Part shown: piece by piece, positions 1 through 9,675 of the stretch
Layout of the letters: each line of letters starts with the position of its first letter
Numbering within the stretch: the first letter of the stretch is position 1
From: Deltaproteobacteria bacterium
GTDB lineage: Bacteria; Lernaellota; Lernaellaia; JACKCT01
Direction: 5' to 3'
Length of the DNA stretch: 64,000 nt
NCBI GenBank assembly: GCA_020845895.1
Contig: JADLEX010000047.1
Location: 13,073 to 77,072 of the forward strand
Position numbers and translations under genes: made by a program
Notes under the pieces: generated by a model
Database searches by the model: none
Seen by the model: the letters and a program-made list of their open reading frames with translations, nothing else
What the model was told of the DNA's origin: nothing

Positions 1-669
1 GCCGTGCCCGTGCCCGACGACTTTCACACGCAGCTCGGCGGCGCGGGGGCAACGGTGCGCGTGACGACGCCGGACGGCGACACGATCGAGGCGAAAAGCC
101 CGATCTACGCCGTCGAGGACAACGGGTTCGGCGGGCGGACGAGCGAGCCGGGGTGGGGGATGCTCGGCACGGTTTACGCCCTCGTGCAGGGCGCGCCGCA
201 ACTGCCCGACCACGACGATCCCTGCGACGATCCCCTCGTGCCAGAGGTTCCGTATGAGTGCCCGTACACGACCATGCTCGTGCCGAATTTCGCGGTTCCC
301 GTCACGCCTTTCGATCAGGGCTTTCCGGGCCTGTCCGCGAATCTCAAGGAGTGGTTCGGAATCTGGTTCGACGGCTACCTTGTCGCCTCGGAATCGGGAA
401 GTTACGAACTCGGACTGTGCTCGGACGACGGATCGCGTCTTTACCTGCCCGGCGTGTCCGACGACCCCGTGATCGTGAACGACGGCCAGCATTCGTACCA
501 GTGCGTCGGCGCGGAGGTCGAGTTGGATGCGGGTCGAAACCGATTCAAACTGGACTATTTTCAGGGGCCGGCCAACGAAATCGCGCTGGAAATGTACTGG
601 ACGCCGCCCGGAGGCGCGTCCGCGATCATCCCGGCGACGCAGTTCCGTCTGTTCGACGAGGACTTCTAA
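1..669 (+). CDS. PA14-domain protein, C-terminal fragment (5' end lies outside window)
   Basis: ORF open to window edge; motif blocks GIWFDGYLV / SYELGLCSDDGSRLYL / RFKLDYFQG / LEMYW typical of PA14 (GLEYA-like) beta-sandwich; recognised by eye, no search run. Confidence 0.55.
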   Translation, partial: AVPVPDDFHTQLGGAGATVRVTTPDGDTIEAKSPIYAVEDNGFGGRTSEPGWGMLGTVYALVQGAPQLPDHDDPCDDPLVPEVPYECPYTTMLVPNFAVPVTPFDQGFPGLSANLKEWFGIWFDGYLVASESGSYELGLCSDDGSRLYLPGVSDDPVIVNDGQHSYQCVGAEVELDAGRNRFKLDYFQGPANEIALEMYWTPPGGASAIIPATQFRLFDEDF

Positions 670-814
670 CCCGGGACCGTCCCGCGGTCGCCCGGTCGAG
701 ATCGCCCGTCACCGGAGTGTCGTCCGGCACTCCGAAAAACGCATTTCCTATGGCAAATGGGTTGTCCATCTGTTATAAATACGTGTCCTTGCCGGACGCT
801 TCCGGCAGGACCGA

Positions 815-2761
815 ATGGGGAGAGGTTTTGTCATGGGGGATGATCGAAAACGTAGGCGTCGTTTCGGTCGCGCGCTGGTCGCCGCGGTTGTCACTTTCGT
901 TGTCCTGGCGGCATTCGCCCCGGCCGCTTTCGCCCAGACGCAGGATCAGCGCACGCTCTTCGTGATCGGCAACATCAACTCGGCCTTCGGCACGTTCCCG
1001 CTGCGGGCCTACAACATCGTCGACGACACGATCGTTCTCGCGAACACCTGGTACCCGGCCGCGCGCGACGACGGCGCGGTGGGTATCGGCGTCGATCCCG
1101 TCAACGCGCACATGTTCGTCACGTACGAGAACCTCGACCTCACGGTCGGCGTGGTGGACGTGTACGACGCCACCGACGCCACGCCGCTCGGACAGATTTC
1201 GCTCGTCGGCACCACGAATCTCGCGGGCATCGACGTGCACGCGGGGCGCGGGGTCATGTACGTCGTCGACCGCTGCATGCCGACCATCTACACCTTTGAC
1301 ACGGACACGTTCCAGCCGATCGACTCGTGGGACATGCCGACCAGCAGTTGCGCCTATGGCATCGACGTGATCGACGAGGAAGACCTGATCTTCGTCGCCG
1401 ACGCGTCCAACACGGTGCACTGGTATGATATCGACACCCACGAAGAGGTCGGCAGCGCCACGCTCACGTACCCCTCCGCGTCCATCGCCGTCGACTATTC
1501 CGAGGGCTACCCGGTCATTTACACCTCATGCGTCGATGGACAGTCTGAAATCGCGCCGCCCGGCGACGTGCCTTATCTGGTGAAGTACAACACCAACACC
1601 GACACGCAGACCACGTATTATCTCGGCGCGAATCAGTCGGGGCGCGGCATCGGTCTCGACGTCGTCAATCGCCGGGCGTACATCGCGGCGGGCGTCGTGG
1701 GCGGCCTCGCGAGCGGCACCATCCGCGTCGTGGACATGGACACGATGACGGAGCTGTCGCGTTCGCAGCTCCCCGGCGGCTTCGGCACGCCGTGGAGCCC
1801 GACGGATCTCGAAACCACGTGGCTCGCGTTCGGCAGCAACATCCAGAAGACCTCGCCGACGCATCCCGACGGCGAGATTGAGGTTGGCCAGCAGATCACG
1901 TTCGAGATCACCATCGAGAACCGCTACAGCCGGCCGATCCACGTATTACCGTTCAAGGACGATTACGACCCCGCGCACCTGACCTTCGTGTCGGCTACAC
2001 CGACCCCCGACAACGTGGACACGGTCAACGGCGTGGTCGAGTGGAATGATCTGATTCCGTCCGTCGGCCACGATATGGAGTTCGAGGAAACGTACACCGT
2101 CACGGTCGTGTTCGAGGCGAATCCGCCCGACTCGTGCGAGACGTGGGTGGACGGCACCAACACCGGCATCATGTCCGGCGCGGAAAACGACCGCGGCGAC
2201 GTACTCGATGAGTCCTCGGGCTCGATGGCTTATCGCATCTGGTGCACCTGCCAGAACGACGAGGAGTGTGACAACGGCCTGTGGTGCGACGGCGAAGAGC
2301 AGTGTCTCAACCGCGAGTGCGTGTCGCTCGGCAACCCGTGCCCCATCGACGACGGCATCTTCTGCAACGGCGAGGAGACGCTGGTGTGCGTGGAGGAGAC
2401 GCAGGAATGCGGCCACTCCGGCGACCCGTGCGCCGATGACGGCAACCTGTGCAACGGCGTCGAGTCGTGCAACGAAGAAGCAGGCCAGTGCGAAAACACC
2501 GGCGACCCGTGCACGGACGACGGCGAGTATTGCAACGGCGACGAGTTCTGTGACCCGACGAAGGTGGATTGCCGGCACAGTGGCAATCCCTGCGACGAGG
2601 ACGAGACGTGTAACGAGCCGACGGACGAGTGTCTTGCGCCCGGCGAGGACCCCGGCCTCGACAAGGAGCCCGGCGGCGACAAGGACGAAGACGCCGGCTG
2701 GCCCGAGGGTCAGGTGACCGGCGGTTGCTGCGGCTGCGGCGACAACGGCAAGGACGACTGA
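815..2761 (+). CDS. secreted surface protein: signal peptide, LVIVD/YVTN-like beta-propeller repeats, DUF11-like domain, tandem Cys-rich (CNG..E.C) repeats, acidic Gly/Cys C-terminal tail
   Basis: 648-aa ORF; N-terminal basic-hydrophobic-AFAQ signal peptide; repeated VxxxD/YVVD blocks; ITFEITIEN...LTFVSATP segment resembles DUF11; C-terminal repeats C.DG.(F/L)CNG.E.C x6; ends GGCCGCGDNGKDD; paralog of 4212..5771. Confidence 0.7.
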   Translation: MGRGFVMGDDRKRRRRFGRALVAAVVTFVVLAAFAPAAFAQTQDQRTLFVIGNINSAFGTFPLRAYNIVDDTIVLANTWYPAARDDGAVGIGVDPVNAHMFVTYENLDLTVGVVDVYDATDATPLGQISLVGTTNLAGIDVHAGRGVMYVVDRCMPTIYTFDTDTFQPIDSWDMPTSSCAYGIDVIDEEDLIFVADASNTVHWYDIDTHEEVGSATLTYPSASIAVDYSEGYPVIYTSCVDGQSEIAPPGDVPYLVKYNTNTDTQTTYYLGANQSGRGIGLDVVNRRAYIAAGVVGGLASGTIRVVDMDTMTELSRSQLPGGFGTPWSPTDLETTWLAFGSNIQKTSPTHPDGEIEVGQQITFEITIENRYSRPIHVLPFKDDYDPAHLTFVSATPTPDNVDTVNGVVEWNDLIPSVGHDMEFEETYTVTVVFEANPPDSCETWVDGTNTGIMSGAENDRGDVLDESSGSMAYRIWCTCQNDEECDNGLWCDGEEQCLNRECVSLGNPCPIDDGIFCNGEETLVCVEETQECGHSGDPCADDGNLCNGVESCNEEAGQCENTGDPCTDDGEYCNGDEFCDPTKVDCRHSGNPCDEDETCNEPTDECLAPGEDPGLDKEPGGDKDEDAGWPEGQVTGGCCGCGDNGKDD

Positions 2762-2887
2762 CGAAACCACGAATCGAGCGAGCCCGGGGCGGCGGTTCCG
2801 GGCTCGTTTCATTTCCCGGCCGCACTCGAAAAATTTCGACTCGTGCGTCCGGTTCATCGCGGGCTCTGCCCGCGCGGGAGCGATGCG

Positions 2888-3994
2888 ATGAATTTTGCGA
2901 AGGTTTCCGTTTGGCGATTCGCGATGCTCGCGACCTTGCTCGCGTCCGTGACGATCGGTTGCGGCGACGATGACGACGACGATTCCGAGCCCGGCGATGA
3001 CGACGCTGCCGACGACGATGTGTCCGATGACGATACGGAAGACGACGACACGGGGGACGACGACACGGCGGACGACGATACGACAGATGACGACACCGGC
3101 GACGACGACACGGCGGACGACGATACCGACGACGACACGGCCGACGACGACACGGCCGATGACGACACGACCGACGACGACACCGGTGACGACGACACGC
3201 AGATCGCGTGCGAAGACCTGATCACACCCGAACTCGTCGAGCCCGAGGTTGTGGAAATTCCCGCGGGGACGTTCACGCAGGGCAGCCCCGAGGAAGAACT
3301 CGGCCACTCGAGTCTGGAAGAACAGCGCGAGGTCACGATCTCGAAGGCATTCTACATGATGAAGTATGAGGTCACGCAGTCGCTGTGGCTCGCGGCGATG
3401 GGCGAGATCAATCCCTACCAGGTGGAGTGCGGCGACAACTATCCGGTCACGGTGGTGCGTTGGATGGACGCGGTCGAATTCGCGAACCTGCTTTCGGTCG
3501 AATTCGGCTACACCGAGTGCTACGAGATCGGCGAGACGAGCGCGACGTGGGACACCGACTGCACCGGGTTTCGCCTGCCCACCGAGGCCGAGTGGGAATA
3601 CGCCGCGCGCGCGGGCACCGACACGGCGTTTTACAACGGTGACATCGTCGATCCCGGCTGCGCCGACGAGGGGTTGCTGGACATCGCATGGTACTGCGGC
3701 GCGGGATACTCCGCGCATGAGGTCGGCCTGAAGGATCCCAACGCGTGGGGCCTGTACGACATGCTGGGCAACGCTTGGGAGTGGGCGTTCGACGGCTACG
3801 ATGCCGAGCCGTACAATTACGACCCCGCGGGCCCGGTGACCGACCCCGTCGCGCCGGGCACGTTGGCGCGCATCTATCGCGGAGGTTCGATGTACGCTTA
3901 CGCGGCCAACTGCCGCGCGGCGTATCGGCGGCTCGCGCTATCGACCTACATGGACGAGGACAACGGCGTGCGGCTCGCGCGCAACAAGCCGTAG
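2888..3994 (+). CDS. lipoprotein with poly-Asp/Thr linker and FGE-sulfatase (SUMF1/DUF323) family catalytic domain
   Basis: ATG at 2888 follows in-frame upstream ORF start at 2843; lipobox TIGC; ~75-aa (DDDTx)n linker; C-terminal domain has RWMDAVEF..., GFRLPTEAEWEYAARAG, GNAWEW, RGGS motifs characteristic of formylglycine-generating-enzyme fold. Confidence 0.75.
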   Translation: MNFAKVSVWRFAMLATLLASVTIGCGDDDDDDSEPGDDDAADDDVSDDDTEDDDTGDDDTADDDTTDDDTGDDDTADDDTDDDTADDDTADDDTTDDDTGDDDTQIACEDLITPELVEPEVVEIPAGTFTQGSPEEELGHSSLEEQREVTISKAFYMMKYEVTQSLWLAAMGEINPYQVECGDNYPVTVVRWMDAVEFANLLSVEFGYTECYEIGETSATWDTDCTGFRLPTEAEWEYAARAGTDTAFYNGDIVDPGCADEGLLDIAWYCGAGYSAHEVGLKDPNAWGLYDMLGNAWEWAFDGYDAEPYNYDPAGPVTDPVAPGTLARIYRGGSMYAYAANCRAAYRRLALSTYMDEDNGVRLARNKP

Positions 3995-4077
3995 GGAGAG
4001 GCGTGAGGCGTGAGGCTTGGGTCTTTGGGCTTGGGGCTTGGGGCATGAAGCGGGGGTAGATCCTTCGCTTCGCTCAG

Positions 4078-4168
4078 GATGACAGATGCGAGGGTGCAAT
4101 TCGTCGCCCTGAGCGTGTCTTTGTCACCCTGAGCGCAGCGAAGGGTCTGTTCGCGGCAGACAATGGTT
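4078..4168. repeat. REP/MITE-like palindromic element (family A): inverted arms CCTTCGCTTCGCTCAGG / CCTGAGCGCAGCGAAGGG around a GTCACCCTGAGCG core
   Basis: inverted repeat seen directly at 4081-4097 and 4148-4165; related copy with tandem expansion at 54949..55158. Confidence 0.6.
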
Positions 4169-4211
4169 TAACGGCAAACGGCTCGCAAGAGTCGGGCGGG
4201 AGAGACAGCAC

Positions 4212-5771
4212 ATGAATCGTTTTCGCATGTTCGTGACGGTGATGGCGGCGTTGGCCCTGGTTGCGTCGTTCGCGGCAACGGCCGGGGCGCAGAGCGTTCC
4301 TTCGGAGCCGCGCGTCGTCTACGCGCTGGGCAACGTCAACGCCACCTTCGCATATCCCGTCAATGTCTTTCTGATCTGGGACGACGAACTTATTCCCGCC
4401 GAAACTCTGTTGATCGATCCGGAGGACGAATTCGAGCCCGTGGGAATCACCGTCGATTCGCTGAACAAGCGTGTATTCATCGCGCCGGAACACGGCGATG
4501 CACTCGGCGTGCTCAACGCGGAAAACGGTGAATTGCTTTCTCCCTTCACGATCGAGAGTGCGGGCGGGCTCGCGGGTCTGGAAGTCGTGGAGAATCAGGG
4601 CGACTTCTACGTCGCCGACCTGACGGACTACGACATGTTCGTTTACGATCTCGAAACGCTCGATCGCATCGATGAGTGGGTCGTTTCCGGCGGCTCCGCG
4701 GCGTTCGGCGTCGCGGTCTCGAGCGGACTGCTTTATCTCGGCAACGGCTCGAACGTCGTGCCGATCTATAACGTCTACACGCACGAGCAGGTCGGCGATT
4801 TCGAGATCGCCGACATGGCGCTCGCCATCGACGTGTGGGAGATGGACCCGCCGCGCGTCTTCACCTCGCCGGGGTTCACCACCAACTTCGTCACGCGATA
4901 CGACCTGGGGACGGGCGTGGAGACGCAGCTCGATCTCGGCACGATCGCCAAGGGACTCGCGGTCAACTCCGACGCCGGACTCCTCTATCAGCTCGCCGGT
5001 TCGGGCATCCTGCCGGAGACAAGCCTTCGCGTGATCGACGCCGAAACGCTCACCGAGCTGTCGAGCCACCCGCTCGGCGACGGCACATGGAGCCCGACCG
5101 ACGTCAAGATCGGCAGCAACTCCTTCGGCCGCCGCGTGGCGGTCGATCTGATCGGCGTGACCGAGCGCGTCTTCGATTCCGGTCAGACGGTGACATTCGA
5201 GATCATCGTGACGAACGATGCGGATTCGGCGATCGAAACGATGCCCTTCGAGGTGCTGTTCCATTCGGACACGCTGACCTACGTGAGCGCGACGCCGGCT
5301 TCCGACGCGTCCGATCCCGCCGGTTCGGTGACGTGGACCGACATCACCGCGAACCAGGGCGAGAACCTCGCGCCGGGCGAGAGCTTCACGATCATCGTGG
5401 AATTCACCGCACAGGTCCCGCCGGGCTGCGCGGGCAGCGAAGGCGACATGGTGATCGCGCGGATGGTGGGAGCGTCGCTCGGCGGCGGCGGCACCGTCGA
5501 GGACTCGGCGGGCAGCACGCGCTTCGCGGTGCTGTGTCCCTGCGCCGACAGCGCGGTTTGCGACGACGGCCTCTTCTGCACGGGTGTCGAGATCTGCGAC
5601 TCCACGAACCAGTGCGAGGACGGCGACCAACCGTGCGAGATCGACGAGATCTGCAACGAGGAGACCGACTCGTGCGATCCGCTTCCCGGTGCTGATGACG
5701 ACGACGACCTGCCCGAGCCCGAGGCCGACGACGACGACGATTCGTCCGGCCAGGGCGGATGCGGGTGCTGA
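4212..5771 (+). CDS. secreted surface protein, paralog of 815..2761 (beta-propeller repeats, DUF11-like domain, Cys-rich repeats, poly-Asp stretch, C-terminal GGCGC)
   Basis: 519-aa ORF with signal peptide (MNRFRMFVTVMAALALVASFAATAGAQ); YALGNVNATFA vs FVIGNINSAFGTF parallels paralog; TFEIIVTND...LTYVSATP DUF11-like; Cys-rich repeats; ends DDDDDSSGQGGCGC; the opposite-strand 635-aa ORF 4074..5981 is treated as a shadow. Confidence 0.7.
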   Translation: MNRFRMFVTVMAALALVASFAATAGAQSVPSEPRVVYALGNVNATFAYPVNVFLIWDDELIPAETLLIDPEDEFEPVGITVDSLNKRVFIAPEHGDALGVLNAENGELLSPFTIESAGGLAGLEVVENQGDFYVADLTDYDMFVYDLETLDRIDEWVVSGGSAAFGVAVSSGLLYLGNGSNVVPIYNVYTHEQVGDFEIADMALAIDVWEMDPPRVFTSPGFTTNFVTRYDLGTGVETQLDLGTIAKGLAVNSDAGLLYQLAGSGILPETSLRVIDAETLTELSSHPLGDGTWSPTDVKIGSNSFGRRVAVDLIGVTERVFDSGQTVTFEIIVTNDADSAIETMPFEVLFHSDTLTYVSATPASDASDPAGSVTWTDITANQGENLAPGESFTIIVEFTAQVPPGCAGSEGDMVIARMVGASLGGGGTVEDSAGSTRFAVLCPCADSAVCDDGLFCTGVEICDSTNQCEDGDQPCEIDEICNEETDSCDPLPGADDDDDLPEPEADDDDDSSGQGGCGC

Positions 5772-6544
5772 CGGCCGCGCGCCGGGTATTCGACACGATC
5801 TTTCCGCCGGTGTGCGTGCTGTGCGGCGGTCTCGCCGCCGGCCCGGACACGGGCGTTTGCGCGCGGTGCGACGCCGCGCTGCCGCGCATCCTTCCGCCGT
5901 ATTGCCGGGTTTGCGGAGCGCCTTTCGAGTCCGGTCTCGCGTCGCGCGCATGCCTCGACTGCATGAGCGACCCACCGCCATACGCCCTCGCGCGGGCGCC
6001 GCTGCGCTACGAGGGCGAGGCGCGCCGTTCGATCCTCGCGTTCAAGTTCCGGCTCGGCGTGCATCGGGCTCGCGGCTTCGCCGACCTGCTCGCATCCGTC
6101 GTGTCCATGGGTGTGACCTGGAGCGATTTCGACATCGCCGCGCCGGTGCCGCTGCACCCGCGCCGCCTGCGCGAAAGGGGCTACAACCCGCCGCTGCTCA
6201 TCGCGCGTCGGCTCTTGCGCCAAACGCCCGTCGCGCTGCGTCCGGAGCTGATGCAGCGCGTGCGAGATACGCCGCCCCAGCGCGGCCTGTCACGGGCGGG
6301 GAGACGAGACAACGTGCGTAGCGCGTTCGCCGTGCGCGACGGCGAAACCGTCGCGGGTCTGCGCGTGCTGCTCATCGATGATGTCCTCACGACAGGTGCG
6401 ACCGCCGCCGAGTGCGCGCGCGTGCTGATGCGCGCCGGGGCCGCGCGCGTCGGCGTCGTCACGCTCGCCCGGGCAACGCGCGGACGCCCGGTGCTGGACG
6501 AGGACCCCATCGACGAGACGGACGAAGACTCCCCATCGTCCTGA
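5759..6544 (+). CDS. comF: ComF/GntX-family phosphoribosyltransferase (double zinc-ribbon N-terminus + PRTase domain)
   Basis: CVLCGG...CARCD...CRVCGAPF...CLDC zinc ribbons followed by PRTase signature VLLIDDVLTTGAT; start overlaps upstream stop by 13 nt. Confidence 0.75.
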   Translation: MRVLTAARRVFDTIFPPVCVLCGGLAAGPDTGVCARCDAALPRILPPYCRVCGAPFESGLASRACLDCMSDPPPYALARAPLRYEGEARRSILAFKFRLGVHRARGFADLLASVVSMGVTWSDFDIAAPVPLHPRRLRERGYNPPLLIARRLLRQTPVALRPELMQRVRDTPPQRGLSRAGRRDNVRSAFAVRDGETVAGLRVLLIDDVLTTGATAAECARVLMRAGAARVGVVTLARATRGRPVLDEDPIDETDEDSPSS

Positions 6545-6557
6545 AAATCCCGCCCAC

Positions 6558-6617
6558 GACATGCGACGCCTTTCGCGTCATGCGACGCCCTTCGTGACAT
6601 GCGACCCCCGATGACGC
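6558..6617. repeat. three tandem ~20-bp direct repeats (C)ATGCGACGCCyTTCGyGwC spanning the annotated start of the HIRAN ORF
   Basis: read directly: 6558-6578, 6579-6598, 6598-6617. Confidence 0.6.
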
Positions 6618-7513
6618 ATGGCCGTCGTAATCTCGGAATCGTCACCGGGGGTTGCGCCATGTTGGTTATCGGAGTTTTTCGGGTGTACGACGTTCGGATT
6701 CGCATGTCGGGTACGGAACAGGAGTTCGTCTTCATCGAGTCGAACGGGGCGCTGACGCTCGTGTCGGATCTCGATGTGTCCCAATTTCACCTTCTCCTCG
6801 AGCGCGCGATTCGCCCGAAGACGGTCGATGCCGAGATCCGCATCCGGATGTACGGGACCGCGGGCGAGCGGCGGGATTTGCCGGCGCGTACCGATCCCGT
6901 TGCGCGGTTCGCCGCATTGTTTCTCGCCCTCGCGCACATCAAGGGCGGGGCGATCCTGCGCGGGCTCGAGATCGCGGACGGCTTCGACAAGGCGGACGAA
7001 CTCGATGTCGAAGTCGCCTCGAAGCTGCTGGATGAGGACGAACGGCAAAATGTGCTGGCCGAGGCGCTGTGGAGCCCGTGGCACGGACGGCCGCTGCCGA
7101 CGACCCACCCCCTACGCGCTCTCGCGAAGCTCACGGACGAATCGGACGAGGACCTGGTGCGCCGCCTGCGCGAGTGGTACGGCCGCGCGACGCGCTGGTC
7201 GAGCCGCGTGGTAGGTTTCGCGCACGTGAAGGAACACTTCATCCACCTGGAGCACGGGACCGAAGTGCGTCGCCTCGAAGCGGGCGATTCGTGCTGGCTC
7301 GTGCGCGAGCACGACAACCCCGTCGATCCCAACGCGGTGATGGTCATGCATGAAAGCGGGCAGAAACTCGGTTACCTGCGGCGCACGATTGCGCAAGTGC
7401 TGGCGACGCACCTCGACCGCGGCGCGATCTTCGATGCCCGCGTGTGCGCGTTCCTGCCGCGCGAGTATCCGCTCGACGAGCGCGTCTACCTGGAGATCCG
7501 CCGCGCGGCGTGA
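6599..7513 (+). CDS. hypothetical protein with C-terminal HIRAN domain
   Basis: C-terminal block CWLVREHDNPVDPNAVMVMHESGQKLGYLRRTIAQVLATHLD matches HIRAN (NP.D.NA..V....G..lGYlpr..A..la) architecture; N-terminal ~200 aa unassigned; start uncertain (lies in tandem repeat). Confidence 0.5.
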   Translation: MRPPMTHGRRNLGIVTGGCAMLVIGVFRVYDVRIRMSGTEQEFVFIESNGALTLVSDLDVSQFHLLLERAIRPKTVDAEIRIRMYGTAGERRDLPARTDPVARFAALFLALAHIKGGAILRGLEIADGFDKADELDVEVASKLLDEDERQNVLAEALWSPWHGRPLPTTHPLRALAKLTDESDEDLVRRLREWYGRATRWSSRVVGFAHVKEHFIHLEHGTEVRRLEAGDSCWLVREHDNPVDPNAVMVMHESGQKLGYLRRTIAQVLATHLDRGAIFDARVCAFLPREYPLDERVYLEIRRAA

Positions 7514-7533
7514 AGCCCCAAGTGCAAAATCGA

Positions 7534-7556
7534 AGGGCGCCCCGATCGGGCGCCCT
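7534..7556. terminator. GC-rich hairpin (AGGGCGCCC-loop-GGGCGCCCT) between convergent HIRAN gene and clpX
   Basis: perfect 9-bp stem read directly; T-run on minus-strand side (clpX) only partial. Confidence 0.45.
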
Positions 7557-7586
7557 GCGCGGTCTCAGTTGGTCGGAAATCTCGGC

Positions 7587-8858
<1,272 letters not shown>

Positions 8859-8902
8859 GCGTCCTCCTCACCCGGCGCTTCCGCGTGCGCCGGGGCGGGA
8901 AT

Positions 8903-9523
8903 TCATTTCGCCTCGCCCGGCTTGTCGCCCGGCTTTTCGCCCGGGGGCCGCTGCGCCAAAACCGCGTCGATCACGCCGTAGTTTTTCGCGTCCTCGGCGC
9001 TCATGAAATAGTCGCGGTCCGAATCGCTCTTGATCTTCTTCACCGTCTGTCCCGTGTGCGACGCCATGATGCGGGCAATCTCGTCCGCGGTCTTAATGAT
9101 CTCGCGGGCGTGAATGTCGATGTCGCTCGCCTGACCTTGCATGCCGCCCATCGGCTGGTGGATCATCACCCGCGCGTGCGGGAGGGCGAACCGCTTGCCC
9201 GGCGCGCCGGAGGCCAGCAGCACCGCGCCCATGCTCATCGCCTGGCCCATGCAGATCGTCGAAACCGCCGGCTTCACGAACTGCATCGTGTCGTAGATGG
9301 CGAGCCCGGCCGAAACCGAACCGCCCGGCGAGTTGATGTAGAAGTGAATGTCGGCCGCGGGGTCTTCGCTCTCCAGAAACAGCATCTGCGCGATGATGAG
9401 ATTCGCCACGTTGTCGTCCACCGGCGAGCCCAGCATCACCACGCGGTCCTTGAGCAGGCGCGAATAGATGTCGTACGCGCGTTCGCCCCGGTTCGTCGAT
9501 TCGATCACCATCGGAATCAGCAT
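8903..9523 (-). CDS. clpP: ATP-dependent Clp protease proteolytic subunit ClpP
   Basis: 206 aa; catalytic Ser context [11 protein letters not shown], His motif MIHQP; tig-clpP-clpX order. Confidence 0.95.
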   Translation of the reverse strand: MLIPMVIESTNRGERAYDIYSRLLKDRVVMLGSPVDDNVANLIIAQMLFLESEDPAADIHFYINSPGGSVSAGLAIYDTMQFVKPAVSTICMGQAMSMGAVLLASGAPGKRFALPHARVMIHQPMGGMQGQASDIDIHAREIIKTADEIARIMASHTGQTVKKIKSDSDRDYFMSAEDAKNYGVIDAVLAQRPPGEKPGDKPGEAK

Positions 9524-9675
9524 CGTGCCACGGCCCCTTCGGCGTTTTCGCGTTCGCTCACCGTTCCAGTCTCGAAACCAATCTAGCGCACGAACGCGAA
9601 AAAGCGAACACCTCGGCGGCGGCGCATTTATGCGTTCTCCAATGTTTTCGTCGTTTTTTCGGCGGACTTGACGAC

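Noticed and set aside
5759-5771. Possibility that the GGCGC tail of the 4212-5771 protein continues into a MYXO-CTERM-like TM segment via frameshift into the comF frame
   Set aside because: The overlapping frame encodes the ComF zinc-ribbon N-terminus, not a TM/Arg cluster; no support for a fused sorting signal.
4074-5981. 635-aa ORF on minus strand opposite the 4212-5771 secreted-protein gene
   Set aside because: Arg/Ala-rich, no motifs, fully overlaps a plus-strand gene with signal peptide and a clear paralog; typical high-GC antisense shadow ORF.
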